Source: Desulfobacterales bacterium (GTDB lineage Bacteria > Desulfobacterota > Desulfobacteria > Desulfobacterales > UBA2156). Taken from it: a stretch of 61,904 nucleotides of DNA. The position numbers and the translations under genes were made by a program. The stretch is from assembly GCA_027025555.1 (NCBI GenBank), contig JALVQN010000211.1, forward strand, positions 1 through 61,904, in the 5' to 3' direction. The notes under the pieces are model-generated. The model was not told the DNA's origin. It worked only from the letters and a program-made list of their open reading frames with translations, and did no database searches. Every line of letters begins with the position of its first letter. The stretch's first letter is position 1. Below are positions 27,656 to 36,646 of this stretch, in pieces.

Positions 27656-29053
27656 ATGAAGCAGTCGTTTGGCAAAACGGGGATATTGTGCCTTGTCCTG
27701 CTTTTGACAGGGATGGCTGCTTACGCCTTGGCGCAAACCCAGGAGACCAACTTGGCGCCAAAGGAGTTGGTCATCAAGAGGGGCTTCACCCAGAAGGCGT
27801 TGCAATGCATCGAATGCCATGCCAAGAAGATGCCGGGCATTGTTGAGAGCTGGCGCTCCAGCAGGATGAGCCATGCGGGGATTTCATGCTACGATTGCCA
27901 CGTGGTGAAGAAAAGCTCCCCCATGGCCAGCCAGTGTGAGGGTCTCAAGGGGACCGATACCTTCATCTCTCCCATGGTCTCCTCCAAGACCTGCTCCCGT
28001 TGCCACCCCCAGGAAGTGGAACAATTCCTGAAAAGCGGCCACGGGGCCCTGGCCAGTTCGGCGGTGATGGACCCCAAAAGGGGCAAACTCATCAAGCTCA
28101 TGTACTATTTTGAAGGGTGCGGATTCATGGACAAACTCAATCCCGCCGACCTCATCGCCACCGGGAAGACCCCTGAGGGACAGCCCAACTACATCCGCGC
28201 TTCCAGGGCCGCCGGCTGCCAGATGTGCCACGGCACCCTGGTGGAACTGGGCCCGGACAACAAGCCCATCAATGAGACCTGGCCGGCCGGCGTGGGGACC
28301 CGCTATCCGGACGGCTCCATCGGGACCTGTACGGTGTGCCACGAGCGCCACACGTTTTCCATCGCCGATGCCAGGAAACCGGAGGCCTGCGGTGCCTGCC
28401 ACCTGGGGCCGGATCACCCCAACATCGAGATTTACCTGGAGAGCAAGCACGGGCAGCTCTTCCAGGTTCAGGGGGAACACTGGAAGTTCGACAGCCCGCC
28501 GGGGGCATGGGAGCCCGGGGATTATCTGGCGCCCACCTGTGCCACGTGCCATATGAGCGGCATTGGAGACCTGGCCACCACCCACAACGTCCAGGAACGG
28601 TTGAAGTGGGACCTGATGCATAAAAAGAGCGTGATCCGCAGCGGTAACCGGGGAGACGGTGCAAAGGGCGAGCCGTTGATGCGCCGGGTCTGTGCCAACT
28701 GCCACAGCAAAACCCACACCAACGTCCAGCGGGCCACCCTGGACCACATGGTGGAGCTTTACAACAAACAGTGGGCGGCAGCCGTGAAGATGAAAGAGGA
28801 TCTGGCCAAGAAGGGACTTTTGAAGAAGGATCCATGGAAGGATCCTTTCCTGGAGCTCACGTATTACCTGTGGCATCACACCGGAAGAAGGGCCCGCCAG
28901 GGGGCCGCCATGAATGCGCCCGATTATGCGCATTGGCACGGGACCTTCCAGATGTTCCAGGTGCTCAAGGATATGGAAGATATCTATAACTATCGGGTCA
29001 AAAACAACAAGATCGAGGATCTCAGCCCGGTGATGAGCACGGCGCCGTACTAA
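27656..29053 (+). CDS. periplasmic octahaem cytochrome c, hydroxylamine-oxidoreductase (HAO)-like
   Basis: Sec signal peptide. Eight CXXCH motifs (CIECH, CYDCH, CSRCH, CQMCH, CTVCH, CGACH, CATCH, CANCH). Paired with a NapC/NrfH-type gene, as in epsilon-type Hao systems. Confidence 0.8.
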   Translation: MKQSFGKTGILCLVLLLTGMAAYALAQTQETNLAPKELVIKRGFTQKALQCIECHAKKMPGIVESWRSSRMSHAGISCYDCHVVKKSSPMASQCEGLKGTDTFISPMVSSKTCSRCHPQEVEQFLKSGHGALASSAVMDPKRGKLIKLMYYFEGCGFMDKLNPADLIATGKTPEGQPNYIRASRAAGCQMCHGTLVELGPDNKPINETWPAGVGTRYPDGSIGTCTVCHERHTFSIADARKPEACGACHLGPDHPNIEIYLESKHGQLFQVQGEHWKFDSPPGAWEPGDYLAPTCATCHMSGIGDLATTHNVQERLKWDLMHKKSVIRSGNRGDGAKGEPLMRRVCANCHSKTHTNVQRATLDHMVELYNKQWAAAVKMKEDLAKKGLLKKDPWKDPFLELTYYLWHHTGRRARQGAAMNAPDYAHWHGTFQMFQVLKDMEDIYNYRVKNNKIEDLSPVMSTAPY

Positions 29054-29116
29054 GCTGAAGTTTCTGATGCAAGGGATCCCTCAACGCAACGGGGATCCCT
29101 TCCCGCCTCATTTTTG

Positions 29117-29148
29117 AAAGGATCCCCTTGAGCGGGGGATCCTTTTTT
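29117..29148 (+). terminator. intrinsic terminator after the hao-like gene
   Basis: Stem AAAGGATCCCC / GGGGATCCTTT with loop TTGAGC, followed by a T-run. A second GGGATCCC hairpin precedes it at 29072-29100. Confidence 0.6.
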
Positions 29149-29283
29149 ATGCAATTTCTCCACGCTGTTTTAAGGACGCGGCAATCAGGGTTGCCGGCGC
29201 CCGCCCAAAGCGGTAGAAAAATGTGAATCAAAAGCGCAACGGAGCCTTGTCGCCGTTGAAAATCCCTATTGAGGAGGCATGCC

Positions 29284-31014
29284 ATGAGGGAAAAGCGCCT
29301 TGTCGCCCACACCTTCGGCAAATGTCTGGTTTTCATCCTTTTTTCCCTTGTCCTTTGGGGGGCACCGCTTTGGGTGAAGGCCGCCACGGTAAAGAACGTC
29401 ATCCTCATGATTCCCGATGGATGCTCCTTCGAGCAGTACACCCTGGCCCGATGGGTCAAGGGGGCCCCTTTGGCCATGGATGCAATCCTTGTGGGGGCGG
29501 TCAAAACCCATATTGCCGACTCCGTGGTGGCGGATTCCGCCCCGGCGGCATCGGCCTATGCCACGGGGGTGCGCACCAGTGACAAATTCATCAGTATTGC
29601 GCCCAGAAGAAAAGGACGGATTTCTCCTTTGAAGGCGTCCCCCCCGGTTGCGCCCTATCGTCCCCTGGCCACGGTGTTGGAGGCGGCCAGGCTCAGCGGC
29701 CGGGCCGTGGGTGTTGTTTCCACATCGAGCGTCACCCATGCCACGCCGGCTGCATTTTTCGCCCATGTGGCCCACCGGAAAAAGCAAAACGACATCATGG
29801 AACAGGCCGTCTATCAGGACCTGGACGTGGTTTTCGGGGGCGGCGGACGCTACCTGGTGGCCGGAAAAGCCGACGACCGCAAGGCTTCCTATGAAAAAGG
29901 CGTGGAAGCTCTTCCCGCCAAGCAGTGGGCGAGAAAAGGAAAGAGAAAGGATGGGGAAAACCTGATCCGGGTGCTCCGGGAGAAGGGGTACACGTTGGTT
30001 TCAACACGCAAGGAGCTGCGGCGTTTGACCCGGGGCCCTGTTTTCGGCATCTTTGCGGCAAAGCACATGGCGGCGGAAATCGATCGGCCGCACATTGCCC
30101 CCAATCAGCCCAGCCTGGCGGAGATGACCCGAAAGGCCATCGCCCTTTTGGCCGAAGATCCGCAAGGGTTTTTCCTGATGGTGGAGGGCAGCCAGGTGGA
30201 CTGGGCCTGCCACGCCAATGATCCGGCGCATCTGGTCTCCGACCTTCTCGTGTTCGATGAGGCGGTGGGCGTCGCCCTGGATTTTGCCAAAACCCGCGGC
30301 GACACCCTCCTGCTGGTCATGCCCGACCACAACACCGGCGGCATGTCCATCGGCAACTGGGCCACCAGCCGCACCTATTCTCAAATGAAGCCGGCGGACT
30401 TGGTGGGGCCTCTCCGAAGGATGAAGGTTTCGGCGCCGCTTTTGTTGAAAAAAATGAAGGGGGTCCGGACCCCGGAAAAGGTCATGGAGGTGGTTCGGGA
30501 TTTTTGGGACTTGCGCATTACACGGCAAGACGCCCGGACGATCCTGGACAAAATGGTCCTGTACGGGAAGAAAAGGGCGCACTACGCCTTCGGCGAAGTC
30601 TTGTCTCCCAAATACCTTGCCATTGGATGGTCCACCCACGGGCATTGCGGAGGCGACGTTCCCCTGGGCGCCTTCGGACCGGACCGGCCTTGTGGCCTTC
30701 TGGACGCCCCGCAGGTCGGAAAGAGGATGGCCCGGGCCCTGGGCGTGGACCTGGATGCAGCCACCCGCCGCCTGTTCGTGGATCCGTCAAAAATTTTCGG
30801 GGCGTCCCATGTGACCCTGGACACTTCCGATCCAGAGAACCCGGTGATCCGGATTCGCGACCGCGGAAGGCCCTTTGTGCTCCCGGTGAATAAGAATCTG
30901 CTTCAAGCCGGTGACCGGATGGAGGCGTTGGAAGGCGTGGCGGTTTACATTCGGCAAACTAAGAAAGCCTATATCCCGCAACAAGCCGTGGAACTGATCC
31001 AAAAGAGCCGGTAG
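29284..31014 (+). CDS. alkaline phosphatase (PhoA family), secreted
   Basis: Signal peptide. Nucleophile region VADSAPAASAYATG. Metal-site region DWACHAND...PDHNTGG. Confidence 0.85.
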   Translation: MREKRLVAHTFGKCLVFILFSLVLWGAPLWVKAATVKNVILMIPDGCSFEQYTLARWVKGAPLAMDAILVGAVKTHIADSVVADSAPAASAYATGVRTSDKFISIAPRRKGRISPLKASPPVAPYRPLATVLEAARLSGRAVGVVSTSSVTHATPAAFFAHVAHRKKQNDIMEQAVYQDLDVVFGGGGRYLVAGKADDRKASYEKGVEALPAKQWARKGKRKDGENLIRVLREKGYTLVSTRKELRRLTRGPVFGIFAAKHMAAEIDRPHIAPNQPSLAEMTRKAIALLAEDPQGFFLMVEGSQVDWACHANDPAHLVSDLLVFDEAVGVALDFAKTRGDTLLLVMPDHNTGGMSIGNWATSRTYSQMKPADLVGPLRRMKVSAPLLLKKMKGVRTPEKVMEVVRDFWDLRITRQDARTILDKMVLYGKKRAHYAFGEVLSPKYLAIGWSTHGHCGGDVPLGAFGPDRPCGLLDAPQVGKRMARALGVDLDAATRRLFVDPSKIFGASHVTLDTSDPENPVIRIRDRGRPFVLPVNKNLLQAGDRMEALEGVAVYIRQTKKAYIPQQAVELIQKSR

Positions 31015-31276
31015 GGGCTTATGACCAGACCTTTCCAAGACGCCTTCGGGCCCCGGAGAGTCTTAGGGTGCCTGGCGCATTTCTCGAGGCCCCTGTTTCA
31101 AGATGCCTGTGGGGTTTATCGCCTAGGGGGGATCTTTTGCGGGCCGGCTTGTTGTAAAATCTCTTGGTTTGAAAAGCATGGGAGACGTTGGGTAAGCCCC
31201 TCCTGCCCGGACCCTTTTGAGAGGACCCGGGCAGGAGCGAAAGGGCTTTCATTCGGCCGACAGGTCTTGTTTGGCC

Positions 31277-33532
31277 TTATTCCGGAAAGGCCTCCCCGGA
31301 GTTGACGGTTACGGGTTTGAGCTTTGCGATGGCTTTCAGCATGAAAAGGAGCAACGCCCCGGATCCGATGATGATGAGAAAGTCCGGAATTATCCGGGTC
31401 TGGCCGAGGAACTGGACCATGTCCTTTTGCCAGAATGCGTTGGAGCGGGCATGCCAGAATCCATATCGAATGTTGTCCAGGACATGGAGAATGCCGTTGG
31501 GCAACAGTGTGCCGGCGAACATGATGAACAGGCCGATGTTGGTTCCCCAGAACGCCACCTTTAAAAGCTTGGTGTTCCAGCCTTCATCGGTAACCAGGCC
31601 CCGCATGGAGAACAGAAGGAGACCGATGGCCAGCAGGCCATAAGTGCCGAACAGGGCGGTGTGGCCGTGGTTCACGGTGAGATAGGTGGCGTGCTCGAAG
31701 TAGTTGACCACCGGGGTGGTAATGGAGAGCCCCATCACGCCTGCGCCCAAAAACTCCCAGGCCACCGACGCCATGAGGAACATGAGGGGATAGCGGTAAG
31801 GAAAGTTGCTTCCCGCTTTCACCAGGGCCTTTTGGCTGTGCCAGACTTCTGCCAGCAAAAGTAAAATGGGAACCGGTTCCAAAGAGGAAATGGTGGAACC
31901 GAGCGCCAGCCAGAAGGACGGTTCCCCGAACCAATAGTAATGATGGCCCACACCGATGATACCGGAAGAAAGGGCCAGGGCCACGGTGAAATAAACGGTC
32001 CGGAGCCCTGCTTTCAGTTCCACCAGGCCGAGGTTCACCATCACGAAGACGATGGCCGCTGCAGCAAAGAACTCAAAGGCGCCTTCCACCCAGGTGTGCA
32101 CCACCCACCACCGCCAGAAGTCCGCGATGGTGAGATGGGTTTTGGGGTTGTAAAAGAGGCCGAAACAGAAAAAGCCCACCACCGCAATGCCGGAATAGGT
32201 CAGGAAATGGGGCAGGCCCCACTTGTCCTGGCCGGCGGCGAAGTGGCCTTTCAAGGCCCGAACCACCAAGAAAAGCCAGATGACCAGGCCCACCAGGAGG
32301 AGAATCTGCCAGAGCCTGCCGATCTCAAGGAATTCCCACCCCTGATGCCCCAGCCAGAACCAGAGGTCCCCGATGAGGCCTTTGATGCCCAGCACTTCAC
32401 CCACAAGGCTTCCCAGGGCCACCACCACCACGGCCACAAAGAGGACATCCACCAAAAACCCCTGGCCTTTCGGCTCTTTCCCGCCCACACGCGGTGCCAC
32501 GAAAAGGGTCATGCCGATCCAGGCCGTGGCGATCCAGAAGACGGCCAGCTGGAGATGCCAGGTCTTGGCCCAGTTATAGGGAATGAACTTGGCGATGGTA
32601 TCAAAACCGTAGAAGGAATCCGGATGCACCGTGTAATGGGCCATCAGTCCCCCCATGTTGACCTGGAGGAAGAAAAGTGCCGCCACCACCAGGAAGTATT
32701 TGGCGGTCTTTCTCTGGCTGGGGGAGATCCCGGCCGCTGCCAGGGCCTGGGCCGGTTCAGGCTGATACGGCAGAGCCCCCCGGTTGAACTGGTACTTGTG
32801 ATAGAGGAAGATCATGAGCCCCAGGCAGACGCCGAAGGCCACCAGGGAAATGGCGGACCACACCAGGGATTTTCCCGACACCCGGTTTCCCACATCCGGA
32901 TCGTGGGGCCAGTTGTTGGTATAGGTATGATCGTCGCCGGGACGGGTGGTTCCGGCCGCCCATGCGGTCCAGAAGAAAAAATCGGCCAGGTCCGTAAGCT
33001 CCTGGGAGTCCTGGATGGTTCCGGCCCGGATGGTGCCGCCCTTTTCGCCGTAAGTAAAAAGGGCATCATAAAACTTCCGGTTCTCCATGAAGGCGTATTC
33101 CTGGAGGGGAGTGAGGGTCAAGGTGTCTGTATGCTTATCATAGGCATTGGTTTTGATTTGCCGGATGACCGTGGCGTCCACGGCGCCCTTGACATGGTCT
33201 TCCAGGCTCGGATAGGGGGCCTTATACTTGTCTTGGGCCAGCTTTTCCCGCATGGTGATGCCCATGTTGTGGAGCGCCTGGGCTGTAAAGTCGGGCCCCC
33301 GGTAGGTGCCGTGGCCCCAGACGCTGCCCAGGTCCATGAGCCCGTACTTTTGCCAGACGCTTTGGCCGGACAAGATGTGTTCCCTGTCCGTCAAGACCGT
33401 GCCTTTTGTTGAGATCACCTTCCCGGGATAGGGCGGCAGGTCCTTGGTGGTGAAAAAGTACCCGATCAGTGCCACCGCAATGGCCCCGAAAATGGCGATG
33501 AGAAAATAGTTGCGAAGCCCTTTGCTGATCAT
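31277..33532 (-). CDS. norZ: quinol-dependent nitric oxide reductase (qNOR, NorZ/NorB-long)
   Basis: About 750 aa. N-terminal TM plus a periplasmic extension, then a 12-TM haem-copper-oxidase-like core (WGHGTY, VNHGHTALFG, GVGHHYYW). Start set at MISKGL (33532), behind an AAGGAGG RBS. Confidence 0.9.
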   Translation of the reverse strand: MISKGLRNYFLIAIFGAIAVALIGYFFTTKDLPPYPGKVISTKGTVLTDREHILSGQSVWQKYGLMDLGSVWGHGTYRGPDFTAQALHNMGITMREKLAQDKYKAPYPSLEDHVKGAVDATVIRQIKTNAYDKHTDTLTLTPLQEYAFMENRKFYDALFTYGEKGGTIRAGTIQDSQELTDLADFFFWTAWAAGTTRPGDDHTYTNNWPHDPDVGNRVSGKSLVWSAISLVAFGVCLGLMIFLYHKYQFNRGALPYQPEPAQALAAAGISPSQRKTAKYFLVVAALFFLQVNMGGLMAHYTVHPDSFYGFDTIAKFIPYNWAKTWHLQLAVFWIATAWIGMTLFVAPRVGGKEPKGQGFLVDVLFVAVVVVALGSLVGEVLGIKGLIGDLWFWLGHQGWEFLEIGRLWQILLLVGLVIWLFLVVRALKGHFAAGQDKWGLPHFLTYSGIAVVGFFCFGLFYNPKTHLTIADFWRWWVVHTWVEGAFEFFAAAAIVFVMVNLGLVELKAGLRTVYFTVALALSSGIIGVGHHYYWFGEPSFWLALGSTISSLEPVPILLLLAEVWHSQKALVKAGSNFPYRYPLMFLMASVAWEFLGAGVMGLSITTPVVNYFEHATYLTVNHGHTALFGTYGLLAIGLLLFSMRGLVTDEGWNTKLLKVAFWGTNIGLFIMFAGTLLPNGILHVLDNIRYGFWHARSNAFWQKDMVQFLGQTRIIPDFLIIIGSGALLLFMLKAIAKLKPVTVNSGEAFPE

Positions 33533-33608
33533 GGCAACCTCCTTTTTTGAAAGGTTTGAATGCATTGCGCTTTTTCCGCCCCAGTGCCCATGACGCCCTG
33601 GTCGCGGT

Positions 33609-33926
33609 TCAGATGGGGGGGGCGATGGTGACCAAAAGCCTCAGATCAGTGGTCGCCTTCAGGCCGTGGGGGTCACGGATGGCGGTGATGAGGACATCCC
33701 CTGCCTTGACGGGACGTCCGGTGTCGTCGGCGCCGAGAAACGTCCCCTTTCCCTGGACAATGGTGAGACAGACTTCCCCGTCGATGTCGTGGCTGTGGAC
33801 CGGAAGGACCTGCCCGGCCTTGAAGTTGAAGTTGAGGATTTTCATGTACGGCGAATCGTGAACCAACAACCGTTTCATGGCCTTGTCGTCAAAGTCGTTG
33901 GCTTCATAAAGGCTGACGGCTTTCAT
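33609..33926 (-). CDS. cupin-domain protein
   Basis: 105 aa with the cupin motif (GQVLPVHSHDIDGEVCLTIVQGKG...AGDVLI). Its ATG overlaps the Rrf2 gene stop (ATGA). Confidence 0.75.
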   Translation of the reverse strand: MKAVSLYEANDFDDKAMKRLLVHDSPYMKILNFNFKAGQVLPVHSHDIDGEVCLTIVQGKGTFLGADDTGRPVKAGDVLITAIRDPHGLKATTDLRLLVTIAPPI

Positions 33927-34354
33927 GGGTGTTCTCCTTTGTTTGGCGTTTTCACGGAAGACCTGTGGGATGCAATTTCATGCACGGTGGTCTCTTGAAG
34001 CATCTTTTCAAACTGGCGGGCGATGTGTTGCCATTTGTGATGCAGTCCGCAGCTGCCGTCACAGGTATCGAATCCCAGGAAACACCGTTGAAAGTCTTCG
34101 AGCCTCATGAAGAGTCCGAGGACCTCCTTCAGGGTGATCTCGGACCCCGGCCGGGCCAACACGAATCCTCCCCGTCTTCCCCGGACAGATTGAATGAGGC
34201 CCCCCTGAACGAGGCGGTGGAGAATCTTGGAAAGAAAATTTTTCGGGATCCCCGTCTGTTCTGAGATGACCTGGGTCAGGATCGGCTCTTGGTGTTTGTG
34301 ATCGGCCAGATACCCCATGGCCCTGAGGGCATACATCCCGGTCTGAGTCAGCAA
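33923..34354 (-). CDS. Rrf2-family (NsrR-like) transcriptional regulator
   Basis: N-terminal wHTH (YALRAMGYLA...ISEQTGIPKNFLSKILHRL). Three-Cys cluster CFLGFDTCDGSC. TTG start behind an AAAGGAGGG RBS. Confidence 0.85.
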   Translation of the reverse strand: MLTQTGMYALRAMGYLADHKHQEPILTQVISEQTGIPKNFLSKILHRLVQGGLIQSVRGRRGGFVLARPGSEITLKEVLGLFMRLEDFQRCFLGFDTCDGSCGLHHKWQHIARQFEKMLQETTVHEIASHRSSVKTPNKGEHP

Positions 34355-34376
34355 CGCGTCCCTCCTTTTGACGCTT

Positions 34377-34405
34377 CAAATAGGATATCTTCATCTATTT
34401 GTCAA
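34377..34405 (-). promoter_or_regulatory. promoter/operator candidate of the Rrf2-cupin-qNOR operon
   Basis: The minus strand reads TTGACA, 17 nt, TATTTG. The AT-rich inverted repeat CAAATAG-N11-CTATTTG (34377-34401) overlaps the -35/-10 region. Confidence 0.4.
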
Positions 34406-34540
34406 GTATTTTTTTCAATGGGCCCCGCCTTCTCCGGCCGGCCCGCTCTTTTCCGGGGACCGGGGAAATCCTCGGCAACGGGATCGCACGATTTTGAAAC
34501 AAGCTCGGAATGCCCGGAAAACAGAGGGGTTCAGAGAGGC

Positions 34541-34825
34541 TTATCCCCTGAAGGCCTTCCAATCCACGAAGATGGCGTACTCCCTCGGAAAGAGGGCGAC
34601 CCGGTCTCCCGGGAAAATGACCGTGTCTTTCGGAACGGCTCGGTGATTCACCATGACCAGCTGAACCCTGTCCGGAGGGATTCGGGTTGCCCCCAGGAGT
34701 TTTTCAAGGGGCGTGGGCGCCTCGTGGGGACGCTCAAGGCGGCGACAGGGGGCGGCCCGAGGCTTTGCCGCAAGGATCCGAACAGATGGAGTTGAATGGA
34801 TGCGCTCATGGGAGATGCCTTTCAA
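34541..34825 (-). CDS. small beta-grasp (MoaD/ThiS-like) protein lacking a C-terminal GG
   Basis: 94 codons from a TTG that overlaps the metW stop (TTGA). PLEKLLGATRIPPDRVQLVMVNHRAVPKDTVIFPGDRVALFP resembles the MoaD/ThiS core. Ends ...DWKAFRG. Confidence 0.4.
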   Translation of the reverse strand: MKGISHERIHSTPSVRILAAKPRAAPCRRLERPHEAPTPLEKLLGATRIPPDRVQLVMVNHRAVPKDTVIFPGDRVALFPREYAIFVDWKAFRG

Positions 34826-35457
34826 CGGTTTCGCTTTGAAATCAGAAAAATGCCGTAAGTGGCGCGCAGATTCGGTAAAAATCGGATGATTTTCCCGTAT
34901 CTGTCCTGGGTATGGGTATTGATGGCCGCCTCCTTGAGGATGGTGACCCCCCTTTCTTTCGAATATTTCCGGAAATCCCGGATGGTGATCACCCGGATGT
35001 TGGGCGTATTGTACCACTGATAGGGGAGCTGGGGCGTGACCGGCGCATAGCCGCTCAAAAGCAACTGCAGCCGGACCTTCCAATGGCTGAAATTGGGGAA
35101 ACTGACAATGCCTTTTTTCCCGATTCTCAGCATGGCGTCGAGGAGGGAGGAAGGCGCATAAATCTGCTGGAGCGTCTGGCTCAACACCACGTAATCAAAA
35201 GCCTCTTCAGGGTAATCGGCGATCTCTTCATTGATATCCCCCTGGAGGACTGAAAGCCCCCGCTCGATGCAGCGCGCCACCTTTTCCTCGTCGTGATCAA
35301 TGCCGCACCCGATGACGTTTTTTTCTGTCTTCAGGTAAAGCAAAAGGTCGCCCTCTCCGCATCCGAGGCTGATGACCCGGGATCCTGGATCGATCCACGA
35401 AGCAATGATCTTTAAATCGAACCGGATGCCGTCAGGCGCGGGATTCCTGGTGGACAC
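34822..35457 (-). CDS. metW: methionine biosynthesis protein MetW
   Basis: 211 aa. SAM-methyltransferase-like motif (VISLGCGEGDLL) and the MetW-typical C-terminus (SFPNFSHWKVRLQLL...YQWYNTPNIR). Overlaps the end of metX. Confidence 0.9.
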   Translation of the reverse strand: MSTRNPAPDGIRFDLKIIASWIDPGSRVISLGCGEGDLLLYLKTEKNVIGCGIDHDEEKVARCIERGLSVLQGDINEEIADYPEEAFDYVVLSQTLQQIYAPSSLLDAMLRIGKKGIVSFPNFSHWKVRLQLLLSGYAPVTPQLPYQWYNTPNIRVITIRDFRKYSKERGVTILKEAAINTHTQDRYGKIIRFLPNLRATYGIFLISKRNR

Positions 35458-36604
35458 GCTCTAAAAATCCTTTCACAAGGGCGCTCAACCGTTCGTTGGG
35501 AAGCAAAAAGGCGTCATGCCCCCACTGGGCGTCGATCTCACAGAAACTGACATCCAGGCCCGTCTTTTTCATGGCCTGGACCATGGCCCGGGATTGATAG
35601 GTGGGATAAAGCCAATCCGAAGTAAAGGAGACCACCAGAAATTTTGCTTTGGTCTTTGAAAAGGCCCCCACCGCAGAGCCGCCCCCGTGCTGCTTTTCCA
35701 GGTCAAAGTAGTCGGCCGCCTTGGTGATGTACAAAAAGGAGTTGGCATCGAAGCGCTCCACGAACTTGGTCCCCTGATACCGCAGATAGCTTTCCACCTG
35801 AAAATCGGCATCGAAGTTGAAGGAAAAGTCGGCCTTGTTCTGGAGCCGTCTCCCGAATTTCAGCCGCATGGACGCGTCGGAAAGGTAGGTGATATGACCG
35901 ATCATCCGGGCCACCGCAAGCCCATGGAGGGGCTTGGTCCCTGAGTAGTAATCGCCTCCGTTCCAGTTTGGATCGGCCATGATGGCCTGTCGGGCCACCT
36001 CGTTGAACGCGATGGCCAGGGCCGAATGGCGGGTGGTGGTGGCCAAGGGAATGGCCGAGACCACGCGCTCCGGATATCGGACACACCATTCCAGAACCTG
36101 CATGCCGCCGATGGAGCCTCCCACGGCGCACAGGATCTTTTCGATCCCCAGATGGTCCAAGAGGGCCTTTTGGGCCCGCACCATGTCCCCGATGGTGACC
36201 ACAGGAAAGGTCAACCCGTAAGGCCGGCCGGTCTTGGGATCCACGGAGGACGGCCCTGTGGAACCCATGCAGCTGCCCAGGATGTTGGAGCAGATCACGA
36301 AGTACCTGTTCGTGTCGATCCCCTTTCCGGGGCCCACCATGATATCCCACCAGCCCGGCTTGGGATCCTCGGCATGATAGTATCCGGCCGCATGAGAATC
36401 TCCGGAAAGGGCGTGCAAAAGCAAAATCACGTTGTCCTTTTTCTCGGAAAGGCGGCCAAAGGTTTCAAAGGCGAGCGTCACCGGTCCGAGGGTCGCACCG
36501 CTTTCCAGCACCATGGCCTTGGGCCCTTCGGCAAAGGTGAAATACTGCTTCCGAACCACTCCCACGGATACGCTTTTTCGGTCGTGTTGAATATATTCGC
36601 TCAT
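35432..36604 (-). CDS. metX: homoserine O-acetyltransferase
   Basis: 390 aa alpha/beta hydrolase with the nucleophile elbow GGSIGGMQ and family-typical regions (HALSGDSHAAG, GHDAFLL). Confidence 0.9.
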   Translation of the reverse strand: MSEYIQHDRKSVSVGVVRKQYFTFAEGPKAMVLESGATLGPVTLAFETFGRLSEKKDNVILLLHALSGDSHAAGYYHAEDPKPGWWDIMVGPGKGIDTNRYFVICSNILGSCMGSTGPSSVDPKTGRPYGLTFPVVTIGDMVRAQKALLDHLGIEKILCAVGGSIGGMQVLEWCVRYPERVVSAIPLATTTRHSALAIAFNEVARQAIMADPNWNGGDYYSGTKPLHGLAVARMIGHITYLSDASMRLKFGRRLQNKADFSFNFDADFQVESYLRYQGTKFVERFDANSFLYITKAADYFDLEKQHGGGSAVGAFSKTKAKFLVVSFTSDWLYPTYQSRAMVQAMKKTGLDVSFCEIDAQWGHDAFLLPNERLSALVKGFLERVHQESRA

Positions 36605-36646
36605 TTAAAAAAGAAGAAGGGATCTCCTGAAGCCCCTTTCCCGGGG

